Assembly (NCBI RefSeq): GCF_030144855.1
Contig: NC_082718.1
Coordinates: forward strand, 95,666,001 to 95,730,000
Reading direction: 5' to 3'
DNA: 64,000 nt
Source: Hypanus sabinus
Lineage: Eukaryota
Below, one piece after another: positions 37,034 to 49,699 of the stretch. The notes beneath the pieces were generated by a model, which worked only from the letters and a program-made list of their open reading frames with translations, ran no database searches and was not told the DNA's origin. The position numbers and the translations under genes were made by a program. The stretch's first letter is position 1. Every line of letters starts with the position of its first letter.

Positions 37034-37530
37034 ACACTCTCTCGAGTTTCCAGCCAGGTACTAGTATCCCGACATTTCAATGACAAACTCTGCCATTTTC
37101 ATCAGGGATGATGCCTGGGCGTCTCTAGTCCAGTGGTATTTATACCCCCATGGTTCGTCCCTCCTTATTGGTAAGTCCTCATCTAATCAGGTTTCCACTC
37201 TATCACCTTGTCTACAATTGAATTCCAGTTCTTGCTTAGAGTGAGACCTTTGCCTTTGTTAAAATTATTTTCCTCTAGTTTTATTTCAATGGCTTCCTTT
37301 ACCAGGCAGTCCTAAAACTCATTGGCACAGCCCAGTAGTTTTGTGCCATCGAAGTCAATCCTACGACCATTGTGAATGTGGTGTTGTGCTACCTCCAGTT
37401 TCTCCAGTTCACTCAAATGGATACACCTCCTGTGCTCCTTGATGCGGGTTCCCACCATGTGTCCCGTCTGCCCAATACCAGTACCACTGGACTAGACATC
37501 CCTGATGAAGATGGCAGTGTTTGTCTAGCA
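37034..37530 (-). mobile_element. Second Penelope-like family fragment with inverted pseudo-LTR and hammerhead (37066-37110)
   Basis: Minus strand reads CAUCC-CUGAUGA-AAAUGGCAGAGUUUGUCAUU-GAAAU-GUC-GGGAU. A partial inverted copy lies at about 37495-37525, with GIY-YIG C-terminal remnants in between. Confidence 0.7.
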
Positions 37531-37559
37531 GTACTGTACTTACAATTCTGTGTTGGATC

Positions 37560-38700
37560 AAGGTTATACAATCCTCTTACACCTCCATCCCATGTCAGGT
37601 CCTCCACTTCTTCCTGGAGAACAATCTCCCTCCGGCAACATATTTATTCACCTGGCTGAACATGTTCTCATATTGAACATCTTCACATACAGCTCCACTC
37701 ACTTTCTGCAGATCAAAGATATAGCTTTGGGTACTCACCAGTACCCAAGCTGTGCCTGTCTTTGTTGGATAAATGGAGCAGTCCTTGTTTCACTCGACCC
37801 TAAGTCCACTCCCTCAACTCTTTTGTTGCTTTCTCCTGTGCTTAATTGTGCTGACCTCCATAATGTCATTACTTTTCCTGCCAAATTCCACCCTGCCCTC
37901 TTTCTTCCCTTCCTTTTCTGGATCTCCCAGTCTTCATATTGGAAAATAAGATAGCTACTAACATCCATTATCAGTCTATCAACAGTTATCTCATCTATCT
38001 CTTTCACACTGCATCCTACAAGGACTCTATTTCCTAGTTCCTCGGAGGGTGGGTCCTGCAGGTAGTCTCTCTTCCTGAATCATGGCTTCAGCTCTACCAT
38101 TATTAACAAAACCCTTGACAACAACTCATCCATTTCTGTCACTCTGTTCTCACTCCATCTCCTCCTGTACGGAACAAGGATAAAGTTCCCCCACTTTTCA
38201 CTTTACACCCCACCAGCTTTGCAGTTTCTGCCACCTTCAAATAGAATCCACCACCAGTTACGTATATCTTCTTACCTCTTCCCCTTTCTGCATTTCTTTC
38301 CTTTCCTGACTCCCTGGTCCATTCTTCAGTTTCCACCGGCCACTTACATCACTTTATCTTGTAGCTGAACTTCCCTTCCAACCATCTGGTGACCCCAAAA
38401 ATCTTTCCAGGTGAAGCAGCAATTCACTGGAACTTGCTGTTATCTACTTCAGAATGTTCTGTCCTCTACACTGGAGAAACCAAATGCAGACTGGGTGATC
38501 ACTTTTCAAAACTCTGGCATTCAGTTTGCAGGATGACCCTTCCCTCTTGTTGCCAGCCACTTTAATTCTCTAATTCTGGCCTATCACATAGTAGCCTCCT
38601 GTACATTTATATTGAGACCTAACACAACCTTGAGGAAGAATACCTTATCTTTCACTTAAGCAATGTTGCAGCCTTCTTGACTCAATATTGAACTCGATTT
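37560..38700 (+). mobile_element. Highly degenerate Penelope-like element
   Basis: Remnants HLAEHVLILN...THFLQIKDIALGT and LYTGETKCRLGDHF. Confidence 0.7.
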
Positions 38701-38949
38701 CTCTCTGTATTAGTCTTCTATTAGTCATCTATCCAGTACATCATGGGTAAAGCCCTCCTAACCACTGAGCACATCAACAAGAAACACTGTTGTAGAGAAG
38801 AAGCACCTATCATCAAAGATCCTCATTACTCAAGCCATGCTTTTTACTCACTGCTACCATCAGGTGGAAAGTACAAAGCACCACCAGGTTCAAGAACAGT
38901 TACTACCCCTCAAGCATCAAGTTCTTAAACAAAATATGATAGCTACACT

Positions 38950-39865
38950 TGTTATGAGTGATGAACAGACCTGATGGACAATGGGGTACAGAGTTAACCA
39001 TTCCCCTCCTGAGAACCACGAACTATTACTGTTGCTATGCTGACCATGAGAAAGAGAGATGGAAAAACAAGCAAAAACATCGGCGACAGATAAGAGAGGG
39101 GGGAAATTGCTGATTAACCGTATTGTGACTTCTTTTTGAATTATTTACTGTTTTGCTGCAAGGACAATCGTTTGCTCATAAACATTCCTCAGTGGACTGA
39201 AGGAGTGGCCTTATTTGATGGACACGGTCATTCAGAAGTGATGGATAGCTGAGTACCCATTAGTAGGGATAAAAAGACAGGTCTGGAGAGACACCCTCCA
39301 GACACGCCAGTGGACACTGACTGAGTGTTGGAACCCACAAGAAAGGTGGGGGCTTCGAAGACCGAACCAGGAGGTCGGTCAGTAAGGCTATCAGTGTAAA
39401 AGCTGGGCCGGTGGGGACTTGTGTGTGTGTCCACTCATGCCAGAATGACGAGTCCACCACAGCAGAACGGTCTAGCAGAAGGTCATAACTGGATCACCAT
39501 ACCGATACGACGGATTAAGAAAGTGGCAGGAAGGTTTGCCTGACTGTAGCTGTTATCTCTCTCGCTCTCTCTCTCTCCAACGATTAAAATACAACAACTA
39601 TAACTACATTAGCACTCATGAACTGAACTTTATATTCTATGACAATTTATTTACCCCCAGACATCGATAGAGCTTGTTTATTATTGATTATTATTCTTCC
39701 TACACTTTTAGGTTTATTACTGCTAACTTGTTTTATATGTATATTTGCAATATTGATATGGTTTTGCTTATTTTTTATTAATAAACACCTTTAGTATAGT
39801 ACCACCAGACTCCAACGAATTCTTCTTTCTCTGCTGGTTAGACACCCATTTACGGGGTACGAACA
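38950..39865 (+). mobile_element. Solo LTR (about 916 bp) inserted in an L2 3' end
   Basis: Ends TGTTATG...GGGGTACGAACA, AATAAA at about 39780. The L2 tail is continuous on both sides. TSD is degenerate. Confidence 0.7.
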
Positions 39866-40449
39866 CGCACATCTATTGAGATGTTCCCTCAACCAATGAT
39901 CTCACTTTAAGAACTCTTTATTTTATGCTCATTATTGATCCTGCTAACAGATACTGTTCTGTTGATATGCCGAGTATGCTCGCAGTAAAAAGAAACACAG
40001 GGTTGTATGTGGTGACATCTATGTACTCTGATAATAAATGTTACTTTGAACTTATATTTGTGATACTGGCTCAACTTGCTTTGGGATTTTCCCCTTTTTT
40101 CTTTCCTTTCCCCTCATGAGTGAAGGATGCACCCATTTTGACATGCATCTGAACGAGCGTCCGTCTCCTTCCCACTTCTAAGGAAGCCGCTCTGACCTGA
40201 AACATTAGCTCTGCTGCTTTTTCTATGGACGTGGCTTGATCTGCTGAGTATTACCAGTACTTTATGTTTTTATTTAAAATTTCCAGTTTGATTTTCACCA
40301 GCAATCACTGTTCCTCTAAGCTGCATAAGTGCATGGCTACACAGTAACTGCAACGCTCCAACACACATAATTTCGGTTGCTGCACCACTGGAATTTTCTT
40401 TTATATAATACTAATATAATTTTTCTAAAATAATACTAAAACTAGTATA

Positions 40450-41229
40450 ATATAACCAAGGAGATGATTGTCGATTTCAGCCGGTCTCAGCCTGAGCACA
40501 CACCCCTCAGCATCAGTGGCTCCACAGTGGAGAGAGTGGAAAACATCAAGTTCCTTGGGGTGCAGATCTCGGACAATCTCACCTAGTCCAGGAGCACCAC
40601 TGGGATTGTGAAACGAGCCCAGCAGAGATTGCACTTTTTGAGGAAGTTTAAACAAGCATCACTCCCCACTAACATCTTAACTACATTCTACAGAGGAGTG
40701 GTTGAGAGTTTGCTGACCTTTTGCATCACAACCTGGTACTCCAGCTGCAGTGCTGCTGACAAAAAAGCCTTGCAGAGGGTGGTTAGGGGAGCAGAGAAGG
40801 TTATTGGGGTCTCCCTACCTTCTGTCCAAGACCTCTTTCAGAGTCGATGCCTCCAGAAGACACAGTACATCATTAAAGACCCCTCACACCCTCTCCATGA
40901 ACTGTTTGTTCTTCTGCCATCAGGTAAATGTTACAGGAGCATCAAAACTAAAACCACAAGGCTACTAAACAGCTTCCTCCCACAGGCAGTCAGACTGCTA
41001 AATAGCTGCTCTACCTGACTCTGCTTTGGACACTTTTAACTTGCACTGGACACTGTTTTTAACTGACATGTGGCTGTTGTGTTTTACTATTTATTGTTAC
41101 GTTTATTATTTAGTGTTGCGTTTGTTATGTTATGATTGCACTGCTCCGGGGAAACGCTGTCTCATTCTGCCCTGCAGAGCTGATGTACGGTTAGAATGAC
41201 AATAAAGTTTTTGAATCTTGAATCTTGAA
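40450..41229 (+). mobile_element. L2/Rex-type LINE 3' end
   Basis: ORF KRAQQRLHFLRKF...FYRGVVES...DPSHPLHELFVLLPSG, then AATAAA and a TTGAATC-repeat tail. Confidence 0.8.
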
Positions 41230-41869
41230 ATCAGTTAATATAATTGTGAAATACCCTATAATTATGTGTTAATGAATATAATCCATAATTTTTCCAAATA
41301 ATAAAGATAACACAACCTTTACTTTGAAACATCTTAGAGCTTCAATGCATTTACTATTTTGTCAGTGTTTCACATTACAACACTGTTACAAATTGCAACA
41401 ATAAACACAGAATGGACGTCAGTTGCTCATTGTTAACATCACACTGAGTTCCAATGCCATGAAATCAAAACATTTTACTTTTCCAATGTGCCTGTTGGTT
41501 GTTTTGACCGCTAAACATCGTTTACTTGTGGCTTGTGCTTGATGTGTACATTACAGTAAAAAACCCACCTAAAATGCTGTGGAGTTTTCAGGCCATGTAA
41601 GATTTTCCTGCTCAGAGCAATAGTTGGTTTGTGAAGGTGCGAAATAAAATAGAGGGAATGTTGCTACAAATCCAAGTTCTTTCAACTTGTCTGTTAGAAT
41701 GCTACATTTGAACATTAAAGTTGGCAGTGCTGCTCATAGATCATGCCCATTCCTGTTAATGTTTATTAGATAGAAAGATTGAATGCAGAATGTTGCATTT
41801 GTAGAGGCCTGTTGCTTGCTGCAGAACCTCCTATAACAAGGGCTCTTCATCGAGTATACAGTGCCTGTA

Positions 41870-43110
41870 CCCAAACTTGTCAGTTGTAATTGTGAAATTG
41901 AGAAAAATAAACCATGAAGCTGATAGGGAGAAGAAACTCTTAAAACTGCAGGTCGATTTGGATGGGTTGGTCAGTTGGGCAAAATCAAATAATTTAAATA
42001 ATAATGCAGTAAAGCAGTACCGCAAAGGAATTCACAATAACTGGGACAATATTGAGTGTTGTTGAGAAACAAAGGGGCCTTGGAGTATAATGTACAGATC
42101 TGCAATAAGGTGTCAATAAGACAGTCAAGAAGGTAATTAAAAAGACATGTAATCCAGGTGTTTATGCAATCCAGAGGTTTAAGGTTAGGATTGTTGCATA
42201 AAACTTGTTGCTTATGGCTGTTTATTAAATCTTACAAGAACAAAACAACAAACAAAGGAAAGAAGAGAAGGAAGTCACAGTTGTCTTGTGCAAAAAGCGT
42301 TGACTAAAAACATGATAACATTCCAGTGAAAACAATTAAACTATGAACAAGATTCAAGTGGTGTGACACCTGCTACAGAAAAACTAAGAATGTCTAGAAA
42401 AAATACAGAAGCAGCTTCCTGGAAAATTCACTGAAGTATTATAAATATATAGGTAATTATGTAAAAATTCAGGCAAGCACAGTTAAACTAATAGAAAAAT
42501 AATAATTCTATACCCTAACCTAACAAAGTCGTATTAAGTGAAGTACAGAGTAAAAGAGCAGAAAGACTATGTTAGAACGGCATAATACTAGACAGACCAC
42601 GGCATAAGTGTTGCCAACAGCTCTCGTCATCACAGTGCAGGAGAGTAGTAAATCACCAGAGATTTATAATGACATTGCCAGGACCAGAATTAATTAACTA
42701 CCAGGGAAGATTGATTAAGCAAGTGTTTTTGTTTGGCACAGAGGAGGCTGAGGGGAAACCTTAGTGAAATGTACAAAAATTATGAAAAGCCTAGACAAAA
42801 CAAATAGGAAGGATCTATTTCCCTTTTTAGAGTCGAAAACCTGAGGCCATAGATTTAAGATAATTGGTAAAATGATTAGAGAAAGATGAGCAGAAATATT
42901 TTCATCCTGAAAATGACAGGGTTTTGGAACTCATTGTCTAAAAGGGTGGAGGAGTGAGTAACCTCTACCACATATAAATAATACTTGAATGTGTAGTTAT
43001 AGAGTCATAACTGCAGGGTTACAGACTAGACCTAGACAGTGCAATTAGGCTGGAGAGCTGCTTTTCATCAACATATGACAAGGTGAATGGAATCCTCCTG
43101 TATTATAAAT
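41870..43110 (+). mobile_element. Degenerate CR1 LINE pieces
   Basis: LQVDLDGLVSWA remnant and CR1 3' region at 42540-43110. Confidence 0.5.
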
Positions 43111-44529
43111 TGTCTATTATTTCTATTTTTATGATATTTGTTGGTTTCCTAGAAAATAAGTCACACTTGTATAAAACACCCTCAGCATGTTCAAAATAAT
43201 GTTTGCCCCAGGACTGTGTCGGAGGCCTCATGCAGCATGGAACTATTGGATCAAATTGACAGCCTAGAGTACCAAAGGGAACTGCCAACTGCCAGCTATT
43301 CATAGTTCAGCTTATCTCAGGTTTCCACACATGCTCAGCCAAACATCCTGGCGTAGCCAATCAGTTTTTTTAAGGCTTTAAATTAGTCTTGGGAGCAATT
43401 TTCAGCAACATTAACGAACCCCAAAGTTAAAGCATCTAACCTAGCCCATTTTCTCCTCAGCCATTCTAGAAACAGGCAGACTTAGAATATCGAACAATTT
43501 CACTGATAGATATTTGTGTTTCATTTGGCTCCAGAGAAACCGATCCACTTTTTTTGAGGCATCAATTTAGTCTTCATAACTATTCTCAGCAATGTTACCT
43601 ACATCCAAATTAATGCATTTAACCTGACCAAGCACCCTACTAATTTTGTATGAATAATTCAAATTTTGAAAAAAAAATTATTAAAGAGGCAAAAAAAAGA
43701 ACAGTTAGCCAAGTTTTTTTGAACTCCCATTTGGGTACATTGCTATAGTAAAAGTGGAACAAATACCTTTGATAATAATGTTTTAAAAAAGCTTCACTGC
43801 AGAACAGTATTTTATAGAGTTACTTAGATGTAAGTTAAGTGGTGTTTTAAAATAGCTCCTACAAAACAGAATGTCTTGCAAGTTAACTGATCCTCAGCTT
43901 CCTGTGGCAACAGGCCAGAGATAGAGCTGAAACATTGTGGTTCTGGTTCTTCAACATGCACAGCTCAATACTGTGAGCCCACAAATATATCTTTTAAATT
44001 CAAAACACTTCTCACTTCCCAAAACTTTTCAAAACAACTTACTGGCAGGCAACAGGAAAGAAAGCTGTCCCGTTCATTAAGGTATTTTGCATTATATAGC
44101 AAAGTGAAATTCCTATTCTTTTATCTGAGGAATGCAAACTCTTTAAAATCTTTTTGACCTGAGTACAAGCAGAAAAGAACAAACAGTTAACATTAAAAAT
44201 TACAATTGTTTCTTCACAATATATTGTTAAGATTGCTTGGCATTGCATTGAACTTATTATATAGCACGGCATTACTTCTTACAGAACTAAGTTATAAAAC
44301 AAAACAACAGAGCTTCCTTTGTTGTATGTATTAAAAGATTCCACATTTTTAAAAGTCCAGTTTACAACAACCACTTAGGAATTCTGCTTACTGTTTTAAT
44401 CACTCACTGCATTGTTGTGATGTTGTTGTTAATTCCTCATTTTGTTGTAGATCTGTTGGTTGCTATCATGAGTTGTATGCCATTGTGGAGTAAACATAAG
44501 TTGGAGATGATTTGCTGTGGGCAGCTAAA

Positions 44530-46860
44530 TTGAATTGAGTTGAATTGACTTTATTACATCCTTCACATACATGAGGAGTAAAAATCTTTATATTACCTCT
44601 CCGTCTAAATGTGCAATGTGCAATCATAGTAATTTTTTTGTCTTTCTAAATCTTTTTATTATTATTAGTAATATGGACAGAATACAAATGATATATTGAT
44701 AAAGAAATTACCAACATACAAATTCCATTATATACGAAAAAAAACATACATAATAGTTACAATATAAATGAGTTTACCAAGACGTAAGCCATAAAATATA
44801 TGTATGAACATGGTAAATCTAAATATTTCATAATATATGATATAAAGAAAACAGAAAAAAGAAAGAAAAAAAATAAAAATATATATATATTATGCAAAAC
44901 TAGCTAATCTACTAATCTAATAACTAATAACTAATATAGAAGAAAAAAGAAACAAAAAAAAAAGAAGGGAGAGAAAAAAAAGGGGGCTGTTTATAATATC
45001 TCACAAAAATAAGTATTCATCAATGCCGTCACTTCCGGTCCTCTCAACATACATAAGCTAAAAGCTGGGAAATCAAATGAACTTGGCACAGGGTCATATT
45101 ACATCATATGAAAATGTTGAATAAATGGTCTCCATAACTTTTCAAATTTAATAGGTCTCAAAAGTACCACTTGTAATTTTTTCTAAATTTAAACATAACA
45201 TAGTTTGAGGGAACCAATTAAATACAGTGGGAGGATCAATTTCTTTCCAATTCAACAATATAGATCTTCTAGCCATCAGAGTTAGAAATGCAATCATTCG
45301 ACGGGCAGAAGAAGATAAATGCAGTGAGTCTAACATTGGTAAACCAAAAATTGCGGTAATAGGATGAGGTTGTAAATCGATATTCAAAACCGCAGAAATA
45401 ATATCAAAAATATGTTTCCAATATTTCTCCAAAAATGAACAAGACCAAAACATATGAGTTAAAGACGCAATTTCAGATTGACATCTGTCACAAACAGAAC
45501 TAATATGAGAGTAAAAATGAGCTAATTTATCCTTAACTTAGGTAAAATAACCATCTTAATAGCATTAATCCTACCTATTAGGGATAAAGATAAAGATTTT
45601 TTCCAAGTTACTGGCATCTAGATTGGAGAAGGTATTACCCAAAATTATTTCAGATGATCAAACCAGTTTTATTAAAAATTGTTATTCTTTTTTTAACATT
45701 AGGAGATTGTTGAATATTGTTTATACTCCCTCACATGACACTTCAGAATGCGTGATTTCATTAGATACGGAGAAAGCACTTGATAGAGTTGAATGGCCTT
45801 ACTTATTTAATGTGTTGGAGAAGTTTAATTTTAGTCTGATATTTATATCATGGATTAAATTGATTTATCGTACTCCAGTAGCCTCAGTGTTTACCAATAA
45901 TCAAAGATCTCCCTTTTTTCGCCTATTTCGGGGCACTAGACAAGGATGTCCTCTTAGTCCATTACTATTTAACATTGCCTTAGAACCTTTGGCAATTGCC
46001 ATCAGACAATCACAGGATATTTTGGGTATTAATCGTGGGACAGATATTCATAAGTTATCTTTGTATGTAGATGATTTATTACTATTCATTTCTAACCCGG
46101 AGAAATCCATCCCAGCAGTTTTATCATTATTGGCTCAATTTAGTGAGTTTTCTGGGTATAAGTTAAATCTTAATAAAAGTGAATTGTTTCCTTTGAATAA
46201 ACGGGTCCCAATTTATGGAAATTTACCTTTTAAATTAGTTAATGATTCTTTTACTTATTTAGGGATCAAAATCACAAAAAAAACAACAAAGATTTATTTA
46301 GATTTAATTTTTTACCCTTAATTGATCAGATTAAAGGTTTGTTTACTAATCATAGTAATTTATAGTAATTCACAACAAATAGAACAGTCAATGTAACATA
46401 GAAATACACTCAAATCCGCGTGAGTTAATCAGTCTGATGGCCTGGTGAAGAAGCTGTCCCGGAGCCTGTTGGTCCTGGCTTTAATGCTGCGGTACCATTT
46501 CCCCGATGGTAGCAGCTGGAATAGATTGTGGTTGGGGTGACTTGGGTCCCTAATGACTCTTCAGGCCCTTTTCTCGCACCTGTCTTTGTAAATGTCCTGA
46601 ATAGTGGGAAGTTTACATCTAGAGATGCGCTGGGCTGTCCGCACCACTCTCTGCAGAGTCCTGCGATTGAGGGAATCACAGTTTCCGTATGAGGCAGTGA
46701 TGTAGCCAGTCAGGATGCTCTCAATTGTGCCCCTGTAGAAAGTTCTTAGAATTTGGGGGCCCATACCAAACTTCCTCAACTGTCTGTGGTGAAAAAGATG
46801 CTGTTATGCCTTTTTCACCACACAGCTGGTGTGTACAGACCACGTGAGGTCCTGGTGATG
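44530..46860 (-). mobile_element. L2-type LINE 3' end, split by an L1 insertion
   Basis: TTGAA-repeat tail at 44530. ORF LRKFGMGPQILRTFYRGTIESIL at 46561-46779. Sequence is continuous across the L1 TSD. Confidence 0.8.
44636..46347 (-). mobile_element. L1-clade LINE, 5'-truncated with inverted 5' segment
   Basis: Minus part carries the ORF2 CCHC end (CDRC...THMFWSC) and an A-rich tail. Plus part (45598-46347) carries RT (GTRQGCPLSPLLF, LYVDD). Perfect 14-bp TSD aatcatagtaattt at 44622-44635 and 46348-46361. Confidence 0.9.
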
Positions 46861-46939
46861 TGGATTAAATTTTATGAGGTGTTTCACTGAGTTTAAAGAA
46901 GGTCATGCATAGTGTTTACTGCTGGCCCTGACATTTTTC

Positions 46940-47430
46940 TTGGAATTGTTACACATTATGTCCCAGCTGTGTCTTTAGATAGACGGATTCAGAAAGTGGC
47001 TGTTTGGCCAATGGAATAAAATCTTCAAAATTCACCAAGCCAACATTCCCAACACAAAGAAGTGCTTCCTCACTTTTAGCTGCATTGGGTTGACCACATT
47101 GTTGATATGTCCAACACCAGGCTCCCAAAAAACACACCAGTTCCTGGCTCGATTGTGGCAGAGTAAAGGATTCGGGGATGGCCTTGAAACTTCTGGGAAT
47201 CTCTGGTCCTCTGACCACTCAAATGAGGAAAAGGAACATTCAATTTGGTATTGAGAACTACAAGACCAAACATTGGGAGAGTACAGAAGGTCTGTATAGG
47301 TAGCAAAAAGAGCACATTACCTCACAAGGTTTGTGGGTTCCCATACTGTCTCTATCACCCATAAGACCAGAGTAGAAGCAAATTACACACCATCTCCAGT
47401 GACTGGCAAAGATGAAACAAAACAACCCCT
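46940..47430 (+). mobile_element. Old RTE LINE 3' remnant
   Basis: LHWVDHIVDMSNTRLPK resembles the RTE motif LRW.GHV.RM...RLPK. Confidence 0.5.
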
Positions 47431-49699
47431 CACTAAGTGCTTCAGGGATCATGCGTCCAAACAAAAATAAGTTACACGTAGTCATTAACATAACACAGAT
47501 TTAATTAGGGTTCGAATGGACACTGAAAATTTGCAAAAGTGCCATGCTATGCTCCCACACCCGAAGTAAAAAATATTTATATTCTGCAAGGTTAATGAAA
47601 GAAGCTGGGAGTACCAGTGACCAAGTTGCATAGCGGGATTTCTGAAAACTGAAATCATGAGGCAATATAAACACCATAATCAATGGAATAAACTGGAAGC
47701 TTGATGGTCAGATAATGGTCCACAATGATCCAGATAATGGGTGTGCGAACTCGTCTCATGTCTGGCAATTACTATGAAGGAAACAGAGAAAATGGCTGCT
47801 AATAAAATGGACCAAAGTCTTTACACTCTTTGATTGAAGCTTAAAGCAGATTATATCTGAGCATGCTGTGTGCATAATGAACATGACATTTTGCTCTGGG
47901 CTTGGGGGGTGCTTATCAACAATCACTCGTATATGTGGCAGTAAGGTGAGATAATCAATATGAAGATCATTATTCTAATAGTAGATGGGTGAGGGAACTA
48001 AGACTTAACTCACTTATGGGTTGATATATATTTATATATAATATATGTGGTCAAATACAGTAGATTAAGATGGAGATTCTAAGAACTTAACTGAAGCTTT
48101 TAGATAAAACAAAGTAAAAGCCTCCTTTTCCAATTCTGATTATCAATGGGTTTATAACATTGTCACAACAGCATTAAAACAGCTGAGGTATATTCATTAG
48201 GAATATTGGTACTTCCTGATTGATCTCATAAGCTTCTTTCCGAACTTAATATATTTGAACTAAACAGAATAACTATGAAGGGCTTCGGCCTGAAACGGTG
48301 ACTGTACTCTTTTCCATAGGTGCTGCCTGGCCTGCTGAGTTCCTCCAGCATTTTGTGGGTGTTGCTTGGATTTCTAGCATCTTCAGGTATTCTCATTTGT
48401 GATGGGAACAGCTATGATGTTCTGAGTTCTGTTGTGAACATTTCCATAGCAACTGTACTGGTTTTCTCAATGCCTCGATATTAGATTCATGGAAAAAGGC
48501 CCTTCATCCCAGTCTGCATTGCTCAACAAGGTAGTTCCACCTGCCGTTTTCTTTTACAACTGTCTAGTCAGCACACAATGCCAAATAAAAAGAGGTATGG
48601 TTTCCAGTTTTCAACATTGAAAGAGCAGAATAAGCCCATTCAAGCCAGGTATACTTGATGATGTTAGACGGCATCACTAGTTGAACGCATTCTGCACAAG
48701 CAAGGCCCACAAATACCATGAGTCTCACTCTAATACAGGGCTCGTACAGGATCTGTTGGAAGGGACCCTATTATGATGAAGTCCAGGTGTACATAGTCTT
48801 CCAGAGAGATTCACTTTTAAGCAGTTTCCTTACTGTTCATGCTCTTGTCAAGGTTTGCAGGTGTCAGCTGACCTCCCTGCCCCGGCCTAATTTCCTCTGC
48901 AAGTGACCCCAGTACTTTAGCCTAACCATCTGTTTTGTTGACCCTTCGCCCTTCCTTCTCTGCATTCTGGCTCCATACCCTGCACATTGAAGTTTTGCTC
49001 TGTTGCACATCAAATTCTGGGCTTTCTGGGAGAAAAAACATTGCTGCCAGGGTCTTCACACCCACCACCACCTCCCCCCCCACCATCTCCCCACAGTGCC
49101 ACTATAATACAGCTCTCAGGCATTACCTCACAAGATGAAAGCTTTCTTGGTATCCAAAGTGTGCAGGTGTTGTGGAATTAGCTATGCTGGATGCCACTTT
49201 GTTAATAACACTGGAGTGTACGCAAGGTAACCCGACCTTAAAATCAATCAGCATCCAATATTAACACCATGCCAGCATTGTCATCTTTCTTAGCTTAAAC
49301 ACATTAGCTTGTAAAGTCTTGTACACAAAAGATTCTAAATGAGAAGCAAGGATTCCATCCTTCTTGCCAACAAATCTATTTTTAAAAATACCATCTTTTA
49401 CATATTACTACTGGTATTACAAGTGTTAGTCCATAAAGTCACAGAGTCATAGAAAAATACAGCACAGAAAAAAGGCCCTTTGGCCCATCTAGTCTATGTT
49501 GAAGCCATTTAAACATAGCCCTCCATACACCTAATATCCATGTACATTACCAAATTTTGTTGAAACGTTGAAATCGAGCTTGCGTGCACCACTTGTGCTG
49601 GCAGCTCATTCCCCACTCTCGCGACCCTCTGAGTGAAGAAGTTTCCTCTCATGTTCCCCTTAAACTTTTCAGCTTTCACCCTTAACCCCTGACACTCCG

